Shown: positions 28,247 through 39,485 of the stretch, in pieces
Numbering within the stretch: position 1 is the stretch's first letter
Layout of the letters: each line of letters begins with the position of its first letter
Sequence record: ON528743
Strand: one strand, 5' to 3'
From: Shigella phage ESh33
DNA length: 64,000 bases
Position numbers and translations under genes: made by a program
The notes under the pieces: generated by a model
Databases searched by the model: none
What the model saw: the letters and a program-made list of their open reading frames with translations, nothing else
What the model was told of the DNA's origin: nothing

Positions 28247-30225
28247 TGTGATATAGGCTCCAAATCGATAGTTAAGTATTGTGGACGTAAGTCATTTTCA
28301 AATACAATCAGTGAACCATCGCGAGTAAAGATAACATCATCGGTTGGGTCAGAATATAATTCAATAGTCTGAACTTCAAATTTTTCAGATGTTAAATTAA
28401 TTTTAGCGATATTCCAATAAATCACATCAGCTGGGTAATTTATTTCACCGATAACATAGTATTTGTCGCGTCCATCAGAATTTGCTAATTTGTTAAAATC
28501 GTTGCCTGTATACGGCTGAATGTTTTCATTTTCTGTAACATCGCCAGAAGCAAATGGACCAATAATAACTTTACCAATTCCTTTAGAATCTCGGTCTGTT
28601 GATACTATGCGAACGTCATATAATACATCTTCTTCTAAACCAGTATCAGGATTTACAACCTTTCGTCCGGAATTAAATGAAAACGTATTAGATTCCATAG
28701 AACGATCTTTTATTTGATTATTGTATTTAATACCTGCTTCAGGCGTTTTATAGAAGTTTTGTACTTCACGAACAATTTGAATTGTCGCTGATGAGCCAAT
28801 GATAGAATGATCTGCATCATCTACATATGTCAACATCTTAGATTTAGCGAAAGATGAGTTAAAAATTTCTACATCTTCGGTATAATAACGATCAATTTTA
28901 TCAATTATTTGACCTTCGAGCCACTGTTCGGATTCTTGCAGCTTATTTAAAGCATATGTGACTTTTAAATTAGTCTTAATAAAAAGATAATTAGGAGAAA
29001 TAATTGATGGCGTAATAGGAGCTAAATTATAGTCTTTGAGATAATTTTTAATATCTTCGCGCTGTACAGTCGTTAAATATAGCCCTGATTTAGGTTTAGC
29101 AGCAATAAATGCATAACCAGGTTTAGTAGAATCAGTGAACGTCTGAACTGCTTGAATAATAGAACCAAATCTCTCTGAAACGAATGTATCATAGTCAGTC
29201 GCAGTTACGCAGCGTTGCTGGGTTTCGCGTTTAATAGTACCCAATTCGCGAATACGTTCAATATCTTCTGGATCACCGCCGCCATCTGCCCCAACAAAAT
29301 CTGGGTCATCGTTTGGATTTTCATTAATATTGATGACAGTTATATTTGTTAATGTATCTGCGTATGAAAATCCGACTGCGCCATTCGCATCTGCACCGTT
29401 AGTACTGATGTACTCAATAACAATCGTAGAGTTCTGGGTAGGCTTAAGACCTCCAATATAATTAGCAGTCAATGCTCCTTCTGCCGCATTAACAGAAATC
29501 TCGCCTTCACCAAAATAAAACTCAGTATTTCCATCAATAGTTTCACGCATGTAGTAAATTGTTGATGTAGAACCAGCATGAACCATTGACTTTCTTGTCC
29601 AGTTAATCCATTCTGCTCCATCAACGTACAGTTTAACTTGGTTTCTATCAATATTTTTATCATAAATGATAATAGGTGTTAATTTATCATAAATGATTTC
29701 AGTTCTTACTATACGTCCCTGAGCCAATTTTAAACGCGGAAAATATTGGTTATTTTTATCACGAATGGCAATAACGTCTTCGGTAGAAACGAAGTTATAT
29801 GGATTAACAGAAGTATCTTTTGCATATGCTAAAAAGCGAGTTCCGCGAGGAATAGTAATGTAATTCCTATTCAATGCGTCTGTACAAGTTAACATAATTT
29901 CAGTCTGCGCAGCGGATTTTGAAGTAGGTAAATATCCATTATCTTGTGCCGCTTGAACTACTGAACTACGTAAGTTAGCAGTACGCATAAAGCTTTCATA
30001 CACGGCAGCATTACCAAACTGCTGAATGTACAATGTATTATAAGCCAAAAGGTCGCACAGAACGTTTAATCTTGAGCCTTCAAAATCATAATCCAAAAAT
30101 TCATTTTGGCCATTAAGCCATTCAATGAGGTTTTGTTTTATTTCAGCAAATGTACCCCCGACGAATATCTCGGGAATAGCATTTGCTGTTCTTGTTAATT
30201 GATAATTTACAGGGGTATTTGCCAT
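28243..30225 (-). CDS. 6: baseplate wedge protein gp6
   Basis: 660 aa; T4 order and length. Confidence 0.9.
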   Translation of the reverse strand: MANTPVNYQLTRTANAIPEIFVGGTFAEIKQNLIEWLNGQNEFLDYDFEGSRLNVLCDLLAYNTLYIQQFGNAAVYESFMRTANLRSSVVQAAQDNGYLPTSKSAAQTEIMLTCTDALNRNYITIPRGTRFLAYAKDTSVNPYNFVSTEDVIAIRDKNNQYFPRLKLAQGRIVRTEIIYDKLTPIIIYDKNIDRNQVKLYVDGAEWINWTRKSMVHAGSTSTIYYMRETIDGNTEFYFGEGEISVNAAEGALTANYIGGLKPTQNSTIVIEYISTNGADANGAVGFSYADTLTNITVININENPNDDPDFVGADGGGDPEDIERIRELGTIKRETQQRCVTATDYDTFVSERFGSIIQAVQTFTDSTKPGYAFIAAKPKSGLYLTTVQREDIKNYLKDYNLAPITPSIISPNYLFIKTNLKVTYALNKLQESEQWLEGQIIDKIDRYYTEDVEIFNSSFAKSKMLTYVDDADHSIIGSSATIQIVREVQNFYKTPEAGIKYNNQIKDRSMESNTFSFNSGRKVVNPDTGLEEDVLYDVRIVSTDRDSKGIGKVIIGPFASGDVTENENIQPYTGNDFNKLANSDGRDKYYVIGEINYPADVIYWNIAKINLTSEKFEVQTIELYSDPTDDVIFTRDGSLIVFENDLRPQYLTIDLEPISQ

Positions 30226-30233
30226 TTTAAATC

Positions 30234-30527
30234 CTATTTAATGAATACTTTAGATGATGCCTGAGCCACAGTATCACCGCATGATATTGGATCAGCCATT
30301 TGAACAGCTTTCTTTCCAGTGACATATACCTTAGAAGTTCTAGGTTGTGTCACTCCGCCATGTGTTTCATATGGCTTTTTAATTTCTGTATGTTCTGTAA
30401 TTGGATCACCTGCTACGAGAACAGCAATTCCTCCAGTGAATACTTTACTTTGCGTAGCATTCACAACTGTTGGAGGCCATGCTTCATGGCCGGCAGTAAC
30501 ACACTTATCATAACTTAATCCTGACAT
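30234..30527 (-). CDS. 5.4: baseplate spike tip protein gp5.4 (PAAR-like)
   Basis: 97 aa; T4 position next to gene 6. Confidence 0.8.
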
Positions 30528-31111
30528 TTATAATACCCCGCTTTAACTCGCCCCTTTAAGGTACTATAATTTATATTAAGAGCTTTAGCTGCGATTTTAA
30601 TACTTTTATATAAAACGCCGTTGATAATAACAGATTTAGCATTAGGGGCTATTTTGCCATACCTTGGGTTATTGGCGCCACACATCTTCAGAGTTTTACC
30701 TCTAGGCCCTCTAGGCCCTCTTTTTCTAGACGATTTAATGCTAATTTTCAATCTAGTTTCACGCGAATGAGATTTACCGTAAAATCCATTTTTAGCACCC
30801 GCTGTGTTATGTTTTGGGAAGCCACCGATACCGCCTAGTTTCATATTATAAGTTTTCTTAGATTTAACAAATTCCTCTGTGACTATTTCTGCCTCTGCGT
30901 CATACATAGCTTTTTCAGATTCAAAGAATTTTATAATATGCTTATAAAAATTATCTATGCCATATTTTTTAATGGCATTTTTAATGGCAACGCCAGAACC
31001 CATATACCCATCATCCAAATTTGAAGTTTTGTGGACGCCTACATAAATTTTTCCTGTTGTTTTATTAGTTATTGAATACAAATAAAAATATTTATGGTCT
31101 TGCATAGACAT
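30515..31111 (-). CDS. GIY-YIG family homing endonuclease (Seg-like)
   Basis: 198 aa; N-terminal [19 protein letters not shown] (GIY...YIG variants); basic C-terminal DNA-binding-like tail; overlaps 5.4 start and 5.1 end. Confidence 0.75.
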
Positions 31112-31649
31112 ATTCTCTCAATTTATTAGCCCAACGACTCCAATTTCCAACTATAGTTTTTGTGTAATTTTTAACAAGAGTTTTTCTTATTGGAGCTGGA
31201 GGATTCGTTGGTTCAGTAGTATCAGAAGATGACCTAGAATTACTGCCAGAACCTCCAGATTCACCTTGTTCTTGGTAGTCATATATTAATGTTACTTCGT
31301 AAGTGAATGTCTTCTGGAGGTTTTGAGGAGCTTTCCATAAATATAACTGAGTATTAGAATCAGTTGGAAGGTCTTCCCATGAAGCAGCGGTTTTAAATTC
31401 ATTATCTAAACGATATTTCAACGCATCATTTCCAAATCCAAATACAGATTCATACGTTCCATATAAACGATTTTCTTCTACTAAAACCCCAGGAGTTTCT
31501 TCGTAACTAGTTATATTTATAGATACTAACGTTTCACCTGTTTCTAATTGAGCGGTAAAGGTGACGTCGATAGAAGAACCTTCCATGGATTCTCCTAAAT
31601 CAGTGCTCATTGGAAGTATATTAGCCAATGTCAATCCTCGATCCATCAA
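31092..31649 (-). CDS. 5.1: gp5.1-like protein of unknown function
   Basis: 185 aa ORF directly downstream of gene 5 as in T4; start uncertain. Confidence 0.6.
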   Translation of the reverse strand: MMDRGLTLANILPMSTDLGESMEGSSIDVTFTAQLETGETLVSINITSYEETPGVLVEENRLYGTYESVFGFGNDALKYRLDNEFKTAASWEDLPTDSNTQLYLWKAPQNLQKTFTYEVTLIYDYQEQGESGGSGSNSRSSSDTTEPTNPPAPIRKTLVKNYTKTIVGNWSRWANKLREYVYARP

Positions 31650-33348
31650 TTGTGTATTGACCAGATGAAATAGAACTCATAGATGCCATTTTTTCTGTCC
31701 AATCGCCACCAACGTCCCAATCAACTGTCCCAGCAACTTTCCAAGAAAGATTTCCATTTACTGTATTAGTCTGATTTCCTTCAACTAAAGTGGTAGCATC
31801 TCCTTTAACTGTAATGTCAGCATTACCTTCAACTACAATAGTAACATTACCTTTAACTAGGATAGTTCCATTACCTTCAACTGTCTTAGTTTCATCGCCA
31901 CGTACAAATATTGTATTGCTTCCATCTATTTGGTGAAGACGATTATCCATGTTGTAATAAATTTCTGATCCACCGACGTTAGTCTTTTTATCGCCGGCTA
32001 CCAAAAAATTACCATCAGCATTTGTTATATCATACAAATTATCAACAGTTTTTCTTGTTCTTCTCCCTGACGGTGATACTTCTTCATAAGTTCCAGTTGG
32101 ATGAACTAATCTATATCGTTCTTGCCCAGGGGTATCATCAAATTCCTGAATATGCCCACTTTCAGTTTCCATTGTATGCACATAAGGATATTCGCCTTTA
32201 TATGAAGAAACTGGTTCTTTGAATAAAATTCTTGAATCATTTGGAATAGGAGGGTCAGCAGGGTCAGAAGATTTAGCTACAGTCGCAGCCATTGCCGATA
32301 AAGACCTAGCTGGAGTTTTCACTTCAACACCATATGATTCCAAATTCCCCGTAAGAATAATCATGGTAACACGGGATGCACGGCCTTTTGTTTGTTGATA
32401 CCACAATGAATCACGACCGGCTTTATATGCTTTTTCCCAATCTCCTGCTAACATAGCAGTTAACATTGTGTTAAATTTAGCTACACCGCCAACACCCATC
32501 TGAAATGCCATATTTTCTAATGCCATTTGACGAGAACGATTGACAGCTTGCCAGACTGGTCCTACTTTAGAATGTGATTTAATGTCACGTTGCATATCAG
32601 CCAAATCACGCTCAAATAAAGTCGTCGCCTCTTCCATTGTAATAGAACCTGGGTTTCCAGTAATTTCACGACCAACTTGTTTTGATAAAACTTTATTAAT
32701 TTGAGCCATATCACGAACTGGCTGCTTCATGATAAGATGACCAATTCCAATTGTCGGATATCCTTCGGTATCCCAATAAACTTTTAGTCTTAATCCTTCA
32801 TCACGGCGAAGCATTTCAGCCATTGACATATTTGGATTATCATCAGTTGGAATCTCTGATAGTGGTCTATCATCAGGATTTATTGCAGTGTCTAAGTTAC
32901 TATCTTGGATAACGTTAGAAGACGAATCATATCCTACTTCTCCGCCTTGGTTTAGTACGTTAGTATCATTTCCTAAACGTCTAGGATATTGCCCAGTTGG
33001 GTCAGAAAATCCTTCAAGTCTATTCGGTTTTTCGCGAACTATTCCACCATACGTGCCAAGGACAATTCCGTTAGTTTTCCATTTGTCCAAAAAATGACCA
33101 TAAACTCTAGTTCCTTCTACCGGTCCAGTAACAGAACCTCCAATTCCTGACATTGCTGCAGAAGTTATAGGTTGAATAACTGACATCCATGGTAATTTTT
33201 CAGTTGGAATACCCATTACATCACCTTGTGCTCTTTGAGGTGGATGCAAACCAACCACACGAACACGAACACGACCTAATTTCAATGGGTCCATTCTATC
33301 TTCAACAACACCAACAAACCAATTGAGGTTATTACTTATCATTTCCAT
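31621..33348 (-). CDS. 5: baseplate hub and tail lysozyme gp5
   Basis: 575 aa; internal lysozyme domain GYPTIGIGHL resembling the e lysozyme [10 protein letters not shown] in this window. Confidence 0.92.
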   Translation of the reverse strand: MEMISNNLNWFVGVVEDRMDPLKLGRVRVRVVGLHPPQRAQGDVMGIPTEKLPWMSVIQPITSAAMSGIGGSVTGPVEGTRVYGHFLDKWKTNGIVLGTYGGIVREKPNRLEGFSDPTGQYPRRLGNDTNVLNQGGEVGYDSSSNVIQDSNLDTAINPDDRPLSEIPTDDNPNMSMAEMLRRDEGLRLKVYWDTEGYPTIGIGHLIMKQPVRDMAQINKVLSKQVGREITGNPGSITMEEATTLFERDLADMQRDIKSHSKVGPVWQAVNRSRQMALENMAFQMGVGGVAKFNTMLTAMLAGDWEKAYKAGRDSLWYQQTKGRASRVTMIILTGNLESYGVEVKTPARSLSAMAATVAKSSDPADPPIPNDSRILFKEPVSSYKGEYPYVHTMETESGHIQEFDDTPGQERYRLVHPTGTYEEVSPSGRRTRKTVDNLYDITNADGNFLVAGDKKTNVGGSEIYYNMDNRLHQIDGSNTIFVRGDETKTVEGNGTILVKGNVTIVVEGNADITVKGDATTLVEGNQTNTVNGNLSWKVAGTVDWDVGGDWTEKMASMSSISSGQYTIDGSRIDIG

Positions 33349-33922
33349 AAGATTTCTCCATTATACGTATAAGGTCGTTCATAAATGAATTAATGTCTGA
33401 TTTTGCTATTATTTTTATTTGACGAAGTTTTTCATTTTCAAGAACAGCAGCTTCATACGTATCGACCGCAGCAAGTGCTCCTTCATATTGAGGATATTTT
33501 CTAGCTTTATCACCTTTGTCATACCAAACATATGGATTATCATCGTATGATACTAAATTATAAAATTTTTCACCGTTCTCATTCACATGATATACTATTT
33601 GGTCTCCACCTACGTTTTTGTATTTTTGTATAGATGCTTGATAAGCAGCTTCTTGTGAAGTAATCCATCCATAATACGGATCATAATTATCATTACACAT
33701 CAATAAAACCCAATACAACTGCGGATTTCCATATATAGTATTTGCTAATTCTTCCGGGCGTGGTGAACCTTTAATATAATAAGTACGTAAGCGGTATCCC
33801 GCAAGAGCACGTTTGAAATAGTCTTTATAGTTTCTAAAAATATCTGTCATAGGAATAGTCGGCGCGTTTTTATTCACCGTTTTGGCCGCATATTCAATCG
33901 GATCAAAAAATGTAAAGAGCAT
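33332..33922 (-). CDS. 53: baseplate wedge protein gp53
   Basis: 196 aa; T4 order and length. Confidence 0.88.
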   Translation of the reverse strand: MLFTFFDPIEYAAKTVNKNAPTIPMTDIFRNYKDYFKRALAGYRLRTYYIKGSPRPEELANTIYGNPQLYWVLLMCNDNYDPYYGWITSQEAAYQASIQKYKNVGGDQIVYHVNENGEKFYNLVSYDDNPYVWYDKGDKARKYPQYEGALAAVDTYEAAVLENEKLRQIKIIAKSDINSFMNDLIRIMEKSYGNDK

Positions 33923-33936
33923 GGGCCCTCCTGTTT

Positions 33937-33944
33937 ATAAATAT
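33937..33944 (+). promoter_or_regulatory. late promoter for gene 4
   Basis: TATAAATA on plus strand 26 nt upstream of gene 4 ATG. Confidence 0.65.
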
Positions 33945-33951
33945 ATTATCT

Positions 33952-33959
33952 ATTTATAA
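33952..33959 (-). promoter_or_regulatory. late promoter for gene 53 (divergent from gene 4 promoter)
   Basis: TATAAATA on minus strand 30 nt upstream of gene 53 start. Confidence 0.6.
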
Positions 33960-33969
33960 GGAGAATCCA

Positions 33970-34422
33970 ATGGCATATTCTGGAAAATGGGTTCCTAAAA
34001 ATATATCAAAGTATAGAGGTGACCCTAAAAAAATTACGTATAGATCAAATTGGGAAAAATTCTTTTTTGAATGGTTAGATAAAAATCCAGAAATTATTGC
34101 ATGGGGTAGTGAAACAGCAGTAATTCCTTATTTTTGTAATGCAGAAGGGAAAAAACGTAGATACTTCATGGATATTTGGATGAAAGATTCTTCTGGACAA
34201 GAATTTTTTATTGAAATAAAGCCTAAAAAAGAAACACAACCACCAGTTAAACCAGCACATCTAACAACTGCAGCGAAGAAAAGATTTATGAATGAAATTT
34301 ATACATATTCTGTTAACACCGATAAATGGAAAGCAGCGCAAGCTTTAGCTGAAAAGCGTGGAATAAAATTTAGAATTCTAACAGAAGATGGATTACGAGC
34401 TCTTGGCTTTAAGGGGGCATAA
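33970..34422 (+). CDS. 4: head completion protein gp4
   Basis: 150 aa; late promoter TATAAATA at 33937-33944; T4 order. Confidence 0.85.
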   Translation: MAYSGKWVPKNISKYRGDPKKITYRSNWEKFFFEWLDKNPEIIAWGSETAVIPYFCNAEGKKRRYFMDIWMKDSSGQEFFIEIKPKKETQPPVKPAHLTTAAKKRFMNEIYTYSVNTDKWKAAQALAEKRGIKFRILTEDGLRALGFKGA

Positions 34423-35246
34423 TGGCTATTTTTCAAATAATTAATGAAAGCACTCCCCAAGTTCCAAAGGTTAAGCAATCATTAAACGAAAAGAAATGGA
34501 TTCAGATAGGTCTTGAATATAAAAAGGCCAAAGCAAAAGGAATGGCAGGAAAGCAATTTGCTGAAGAAAGAGGAATCAAATACTCTACGTTTACTTCGGC
34601 AATGTCAAAATATGCTTCAGGAATTAAAACAGCTGAAAAGATTCAAAAGCTTGAATCAAAACCAATGAACAAGCTAAATAAGCAAGAAAGACAATTGCTT
34701 ATGATAAATTCATTCAGACAAACATTGCGCGATAAAATTCGTAATGAAGGTGCAGCAATTAATAATAAAACCAGAAAATGGTTTGCTGAAACTATTAAGC
34801 AAGTAAAAGGACATAAAGTTGTTCGCCCGCAGCCGGGACGAATATATGCTTTTGCTTATGATGCTAAACACAAGGAAACTCTTCCTTACTGGGATAAATT
34901 TCCTTTGATAATTTACCTTGGTTTAGGTAAGCATAATTTAATGTACGGATTAAACCTGCACTATATTCCACCTAAAGCTCGTCAGCAATTTCTAGAAGAG
35001 CTTTTAAAGCAATATGCAAATACACCTACTATTACTAATAAAACGAAATTAAAAATTGATTGGAGTCAAGTGAAAGGATTTAGGGGTGCAGACCAAATGA
35101 TTAAGGCATATATACCCGGTAATATTATGGGTAGCCTTGTTGAAATCGCCCCGAAAGACTGGGCGAACGTTGTGTTAATGCCACTTCAGCAGTTCGTTTC
35201 AAAAGGAAAACGTTTCTCTGCAAACAAAGTCTGGTCAAATATCTAA
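34422..35246 (+). CDS. 2: DNA end protector protein gp2
   Basis: 274 aa; start overlaps gene 4 stop; T4 order. Confidence 0.85.
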   Translation: MAIFQIINESTPQVPKVKQSLNEKKWIQIGLEYKKAKAKGMAGKQFAEERGIKYSTFTSAMSKYASGIKTAEKIQKLESKPMNKLNKQERQLLMINSFRQTLRDKIRNEGAAINNKTRKWFAETIKQVKGHKVVRPQPGRIYAFAYDAKHKETLPYWDKFPLIIYLGLGKHNLMYGLNLHYIPPKARQQFLEELLKQYANTPTITNKTKLKIDWSQVKGFRGADQMIKAYIPGNIMGSLVEIAPKDWANVVLMPLQQFVSKGKRFSANKVWSNI

Positions 35247-35352
35247 TTCTATTATCTTCCATTCTTTTCTGTTGTTTGTTCTAAATGGAATTGAATGGAA
35301 GGGACTTAGACCCATTATACCACCAACAGTTATAAAGCATTATGAGGAATAT

Positions 35353-35883
35353 ATGTCGCAAGCTCTGCAACAAATTTTTAACCAAGCAAATACAACTAAC
35401 TTTGTAGTATCAATACCACATAGTAATACTACATCTGCTTTTACTTTAAATGCTCAGTCAGTTCCTATTCCAGGAATTAGAATACCTGTTACTGATACCG
35501 TGACTGGGCCGTTTGGACTGGGTAGAGCACAACGTCCAGGTGTTACATTTGAGTATGATCCACTCATTGTGAGATTTATAGTTGATGAAGAGCTTAAGTC
35601 ATGGATAGGAATGTATGAATGGATGCTAGGAACTAGTAACTATCTTACAGGCGAAAATACTGCCCAAAAAACAGGTCCTGAATACATTACGCTTTACATT
35701 TTAGATAATAGTAAAACTGAAATCGTGATGTCAATAAATTTTTATAAGCCCTGGGTTTCTGACCTGTCTGAAGTAGAATTTAGCTACACAGAAGATTCAG
35801 ACCCAGCCTTAGTATGCACAGCAACGATTCCTTATACGTATTTTCAAGTAGAAAAAGATGGAAAAATTATAGCAGAAGTTTAA
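35353..35883 (+). CDS. 3: tail completion and sheath stabiliser gp3
   Basis: Start set to ATG 35353 (RBS GAGGAA), 176 aa as in T4; track start 35272 is a TTG extension. Confidence 0.8.
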   Translation: MSQALQQIFNQANTTNFVVSIPHSNTTSAFTLNAQSVPIPGIRIPVTDTVTGPFGLGRAQRPGVTFEYDPLIVRFIVDEELKSWIGMYEWMLGTSNYLTGENTAQKTGPEYITLYILDNSKTEIVMSINFYKPWVSDLSEVEFSYTEDSDPALVCTATIPYTYFQVEKDGKIIAEV

Positions 35884-35932
35884 TGCTTCAGTTTTGTGTG
35901 TTATAATCTTAATTAAATTTGAGGAGAAACAC

Positions 35933-36645
35933 ATGAAACTAATCTTTTTAAGCGGTGTAAAGCGTAGTGGAAAAGATACTACTGCTGATTTTATCATGAG
36001 CAATTATTCTGCAGTTAAATACCAACTTGCTGGTCCTATTAAGGATGCATTGGCTTATGCATGGGGAGTATTTGCAGCAAACACTGACTATCCTTGCTTA
36101 ACTCGTAAAGAGTTTGAAGGAATTGACTATGATCGTGAAACTAATTTAAATCTGACTAAATTAGAAGTAATTACGATTATGGAACAAGCATTTTGCTATC
36201 TTAATAGTAAAAGCCCAATTAAAGGTGTGTTTGTTTTTGATGACGCAGTTAATTTCGTAGCATTTAACAAGATTGCTGACGTTATAAATAATATTGAAGA
36301 TCAATGGTCAGTCCGTCGTCTGATGCAAGCCCTAGGTACGGATTTGATTGTTAATAACTTCGACCGCATGTATTGGGTAAAATTATTTGCTTTAGATTAT
36401 CTTGATAAATTTAACTCAGGTTATGATTATTATATCGTTCCTGATACTCGTCAAGATCATGAAATGGATGCGGCTAGGGCGATGGGTGCTACAGTAATTC
36501 ATGTAGTTCGTCCTGGTCAAAAATCCAATGATACTCATATTACAGAAGCTGGATTGCCAATTCGTGATGGCGATTTAGTAATTACAAACGATGGTTCTCT
36601 TGAAGAACTTTTTTCTAAAATTAAAAATACACTAAAGGTACTATA

Positions 36646-36646
<1 letters not shown>
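35933..36646 (+). CDS. 1: deoxynucleoside monophosphate kinase gp1
   Basis: Start set to ATG 35933 (RBS GAGGAG); P-loop GVKRSGKDT; T4 order. Confidence 0.85.
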
Positions 36647-37343
<697 letters not shown>

Positions 37344-37356
37344 TTTCACAAAGTTG

Positions 37357-37393
37357 TTTACATGCTGATGAGGTAGTGATACTATTACCTCAT
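37357..37393 (+). promoter_or_regulatory. sigma70-like early promoter for ipI with palindrome flanking the -10
   Basis: TTTACA-17-TACTAT with TG extension; inverted repeat GATGAGGTA/TACCTCATC around the -10. Confidence 0.6.
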
Positions 37394-37416
37394 CAAAATT
37401 AATTAGGAAAAATAAA

Positions 37417-37701
37417 ATGAAAACTTATCAAGAATTCACTTCAACGACTAGCGCTTCTACTTTGACTGAAGCGACCCTTACTTCTGAAGTTATTAAAGCA
37501 AACAAAGGACGTGAAGGTAAACCGATGATTAGCCTGGTTGATGGCGAAGAAGTCAAAGGTACTGTTTACCTGGGTGATGGATGGTCCGCTAAGAAAGATG
37601 GTGCTACAATCGTTATCTCCCCTGCTGAAGAAACTGCTTTGTTTAAAGCCAAGCATATTTCAGTAGCTCAGCTTAAAATTATTGCAAAAAATCTTCTATA
37701 A
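37417..37701 (+). CDS. ipI: internal protein I (capsid-targeted, predicted gp21-processed)
   Basis: 94 aa; N-terminal capsid targeting sequence MKTYQEF with L-T-E cleavage motif, leaving a ~76-aa mature protein; next to 57B as in T4. Confidence 0.8.
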   Translation: MKTYQEFTSTTSASTLTEATLTSEVIKANKGREGKPMISLVDGEEVKGTVYLGDGWSAKKDGATIVISPAEETALFKAKHISVAQLKIIAKNLL

Positions 37702-37704
37702 TAG

Positions 37705-37742
37705 TTTACAACTTGATAGAACTATGTTATAGTAGTTCTATC
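37705..37742 (+). promoter_or_regulatory. sigma70-like early promoter with palindrome flanking the -10
   Basis: TTTACA-17-TATAGT with TG extension; inverted repeat GATAGAACT/AGTTCTATC. Confidence 0.6.
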
Positions 37743-37769
37743 AAAACAAATGTGAAATTGGAGAATAAA

Positions 37770-37955
37770 ATGAAACGCTGTGAATTAATTCGAAATGTTG
37801 CTATTGCAATTTCTGCTTCCGCTTTTAGTTTTTCAATGTTTGTTGGATTTATATGCGGATTATTAACTACAGCAGAAAATGTGTTTTCGCTTGTAGTAGC
37901 ATTTTTAATTGGTTTAATCGCTATCGTTATGGATAAAATTTCTAAAGGTGAATAG
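37770..37955 (+). CDS. small membrane protein (61 aa)
   Basis: RBS GGAGAA; hydrophobic helices; downstream of palindrome-flanked promoter 37705-37742. Confidence 0.6.
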   Translation: MKRCELIRNVAIAISASAFSFSMFVGFICGLLTTAENVFSLVVAFLIGLIAIVMDKISKGE

Positions 37956-37956
37956 A

Positions 37957-38337
37957 ATGTATAAAGTGTACGCGGATTATCAGGCTAATCCATCTGAAAA
38001 GCCAGATTGCCAAATTGGATGGGCTCATGATACCCTGCTTGAAGCAGTAGATGCTGCTCAAAAATTAGGATATAGTTATGTAGATATTGTTCAACCTGGC
38101 GGAACAGTTATTACTCTTGAAGAGTTTAATAATATTAAACCAAACTTTTTACTTTTTGCAGGTGATAATTATTATCCTCGTGGTGGATATGCTGATTTAA
38201 TCGCGAAAGCCGCTACCGAAGATGAACTCCGTGACATTATCAAAGAAAATGAGAACAAACCAATGTATGGTTCTAATCGCTTTGATTGGTGGCAAATTGT
38301 AAATGCCCACACTCATACTATTGTTGATGAAGGGTAA
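37957..38337 (+). CDS. hypothetical protein (126 aa)
   Basis: ATG 37957 with RBS AAGGTG; track start 37948 is GTG. Confidence 0.6.
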   Translation: MYKVYADYQANPSEKPDCQIGWAHDTLLEAVDAAQKLGYSYVDIVQPGGTVITLEEFNNIKPNFLLFAGDNYYPRGGYADLIAKAATEDELRDIIKENENKPMYGSNRFDWWQIVNAHTHTIVDEG

Positions 38338-38340
38338 ATA

Positions 38341-38631
38341 ATGATTCTTTATGCTAAAGTATCATCAATTGAAAATGGATATAAATATGATCAAGACGCG
38401 GCTAAAGCCTTGATTGATGATTATGGTGTTTTAACATGTTTTGAAGTTGAAAAGGTTTATGTTGACCGTTCATCTTCTCAAGTTAAATTAGTGAAGGAAG
38501 ACCATAAATTTAATACAGTAAATTTTGATTTCTTTATTGAAACAGAAAAAGGTCCTCTTGAATATGATATTTTCAAGAATCCTTTGGGTCTTGAATGTAT
38601 TCAGAAAACGTATATTAATGCAGCGTGGTGA
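38341..38631 (+). CDS. hypothetical protein (96 aa)
   Basis: ORF coupled to preceding stop. Confidence 0.55.
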   Translation: MILYAKVSSIENGYKYDQDAAKALIDDYGVLTCFEVEKVYVDRSSSQVKLVKEDHKFNTVNFDFFIETEKGPLEYDIFKNPLGLECIQKTYINAAW

Positions 38632-38633
38632 AA

Positions 38634-39149
38634 ATGAATATTTGTTTAGGTACTACAATTCCACAGGGTTACGTAATTGATGTCACTACCTGGGAAAATG
38701 ATGGTGACAACTATAAAACTAAAACACTGTTTGGCGTAGAAGAGCATGAAATCTTACAATTCCAATATCTTTTAAAGAAGTTTAAAAGCAGACATTCTAG
38801 TACTAAAGCTGAACGTTATTGTGGTAATGGCTTGTTCAGCGAGCAATCGCTTTTTATTTATGAATACTTGGTTGAAGGACTGTTCTCAGAACAACTTTAT
38901 CCAGAATTCATTAAAAAGGTCTTTGACATAGAAGTTGACCTTGGTAATAAATCCGAAGAAGACGAAGAACGTGTATTTGACTTATTCTTTGTGAATGGTA
39001 ATAAAGTGCTTGAAGGACTTATTAATATTTTAGGTAATGCTTCTGAGTATTATGATTATGATTTTTTGCGTGTAGTTGAGAGTGTTAAATACTCTTATAT
39101 AGAAGAAGAAATTGTTTTGCCGACCGTTAAGATGTTTAATTTGCTTTAA
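38634..39149 (+). CDS. hypothetical protein (171 aa)
   Basis: ATG 38634 after GGTGG; track start 38625 is GTG. Confidence 0.55.
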   Translation: MNICLGTTIPQGYVIDVTTWENDGDNYKTKTLFGVEEHEILQFQYLLKKFKSRHSSTKAERYCGNGLFSEQSLFIYEYLVEGLFSEQLYPEFIKKVFDIEVDLGNKSEEDEERVFDLFFVNGNKVLEGLINILGNASEYYDYDFLRVVESVKYSYIEEEIVLPTVKMFNLL

Positions 39150-39235
39150 GAATTATTTGTTATTATTAACTCATACCGCACTGATTAATACCCTCTATCA
39201 TCAAGGGTTCTTATTTGAGAGCCTTTGTTAATAAT

Positions 39236-39308
39236 TGGGAATTAGCCAAGTTGGTAAGGCACTGGATTTTGATTCCAGGATGCAAAGGTTCGAGTCCTTT
39301 ATTCCCAG
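39236..39308 (+). tRNA. tRNA-Gln (anticodon UUG), no encoded CCA
   Basis: Cloverleaf by hand: acceptor TGGGAAT/ATTCCCA, anticodon loop TTTTGAT, T-arm GGTTCGAGTCC. Confidence 0.8.
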
Positions 39309-39309
39309 C

Positions 39310-39396
39310 GCGAGAATGGTCAAATTGGTAAAGGCACAGCACTTAAAATGCTGCGGAATGATTTCCTTGTGGGTTCGAGTCCCACTTCTCGCACCA
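39310..39396 (+). tRNA. tRNA-Leu (anticodon UAA), long variable arm, CCA encoded
   Basis: Acceptor GCGAGAA/TTCTCGC, anticodon loop CTTAAAA, T-arm GGGTTCGAGTCCC. Confidence 0.8.
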
Positions 39397-39401
39397 AATT
39401 T

Positions 39402-39475
<74 letters not shown>

Positions 39476-39485
39476 ATTTAATTTA

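Noticed and set aside
35272-35352. Upstream extensions of genes 3 (35272) and 1 (35894) in the ORF track
   Set aside because: Track starts are TTG codons without RBS; internal ATGs at 35353 and 35933 have good RBSs and give T4-like protein lengths
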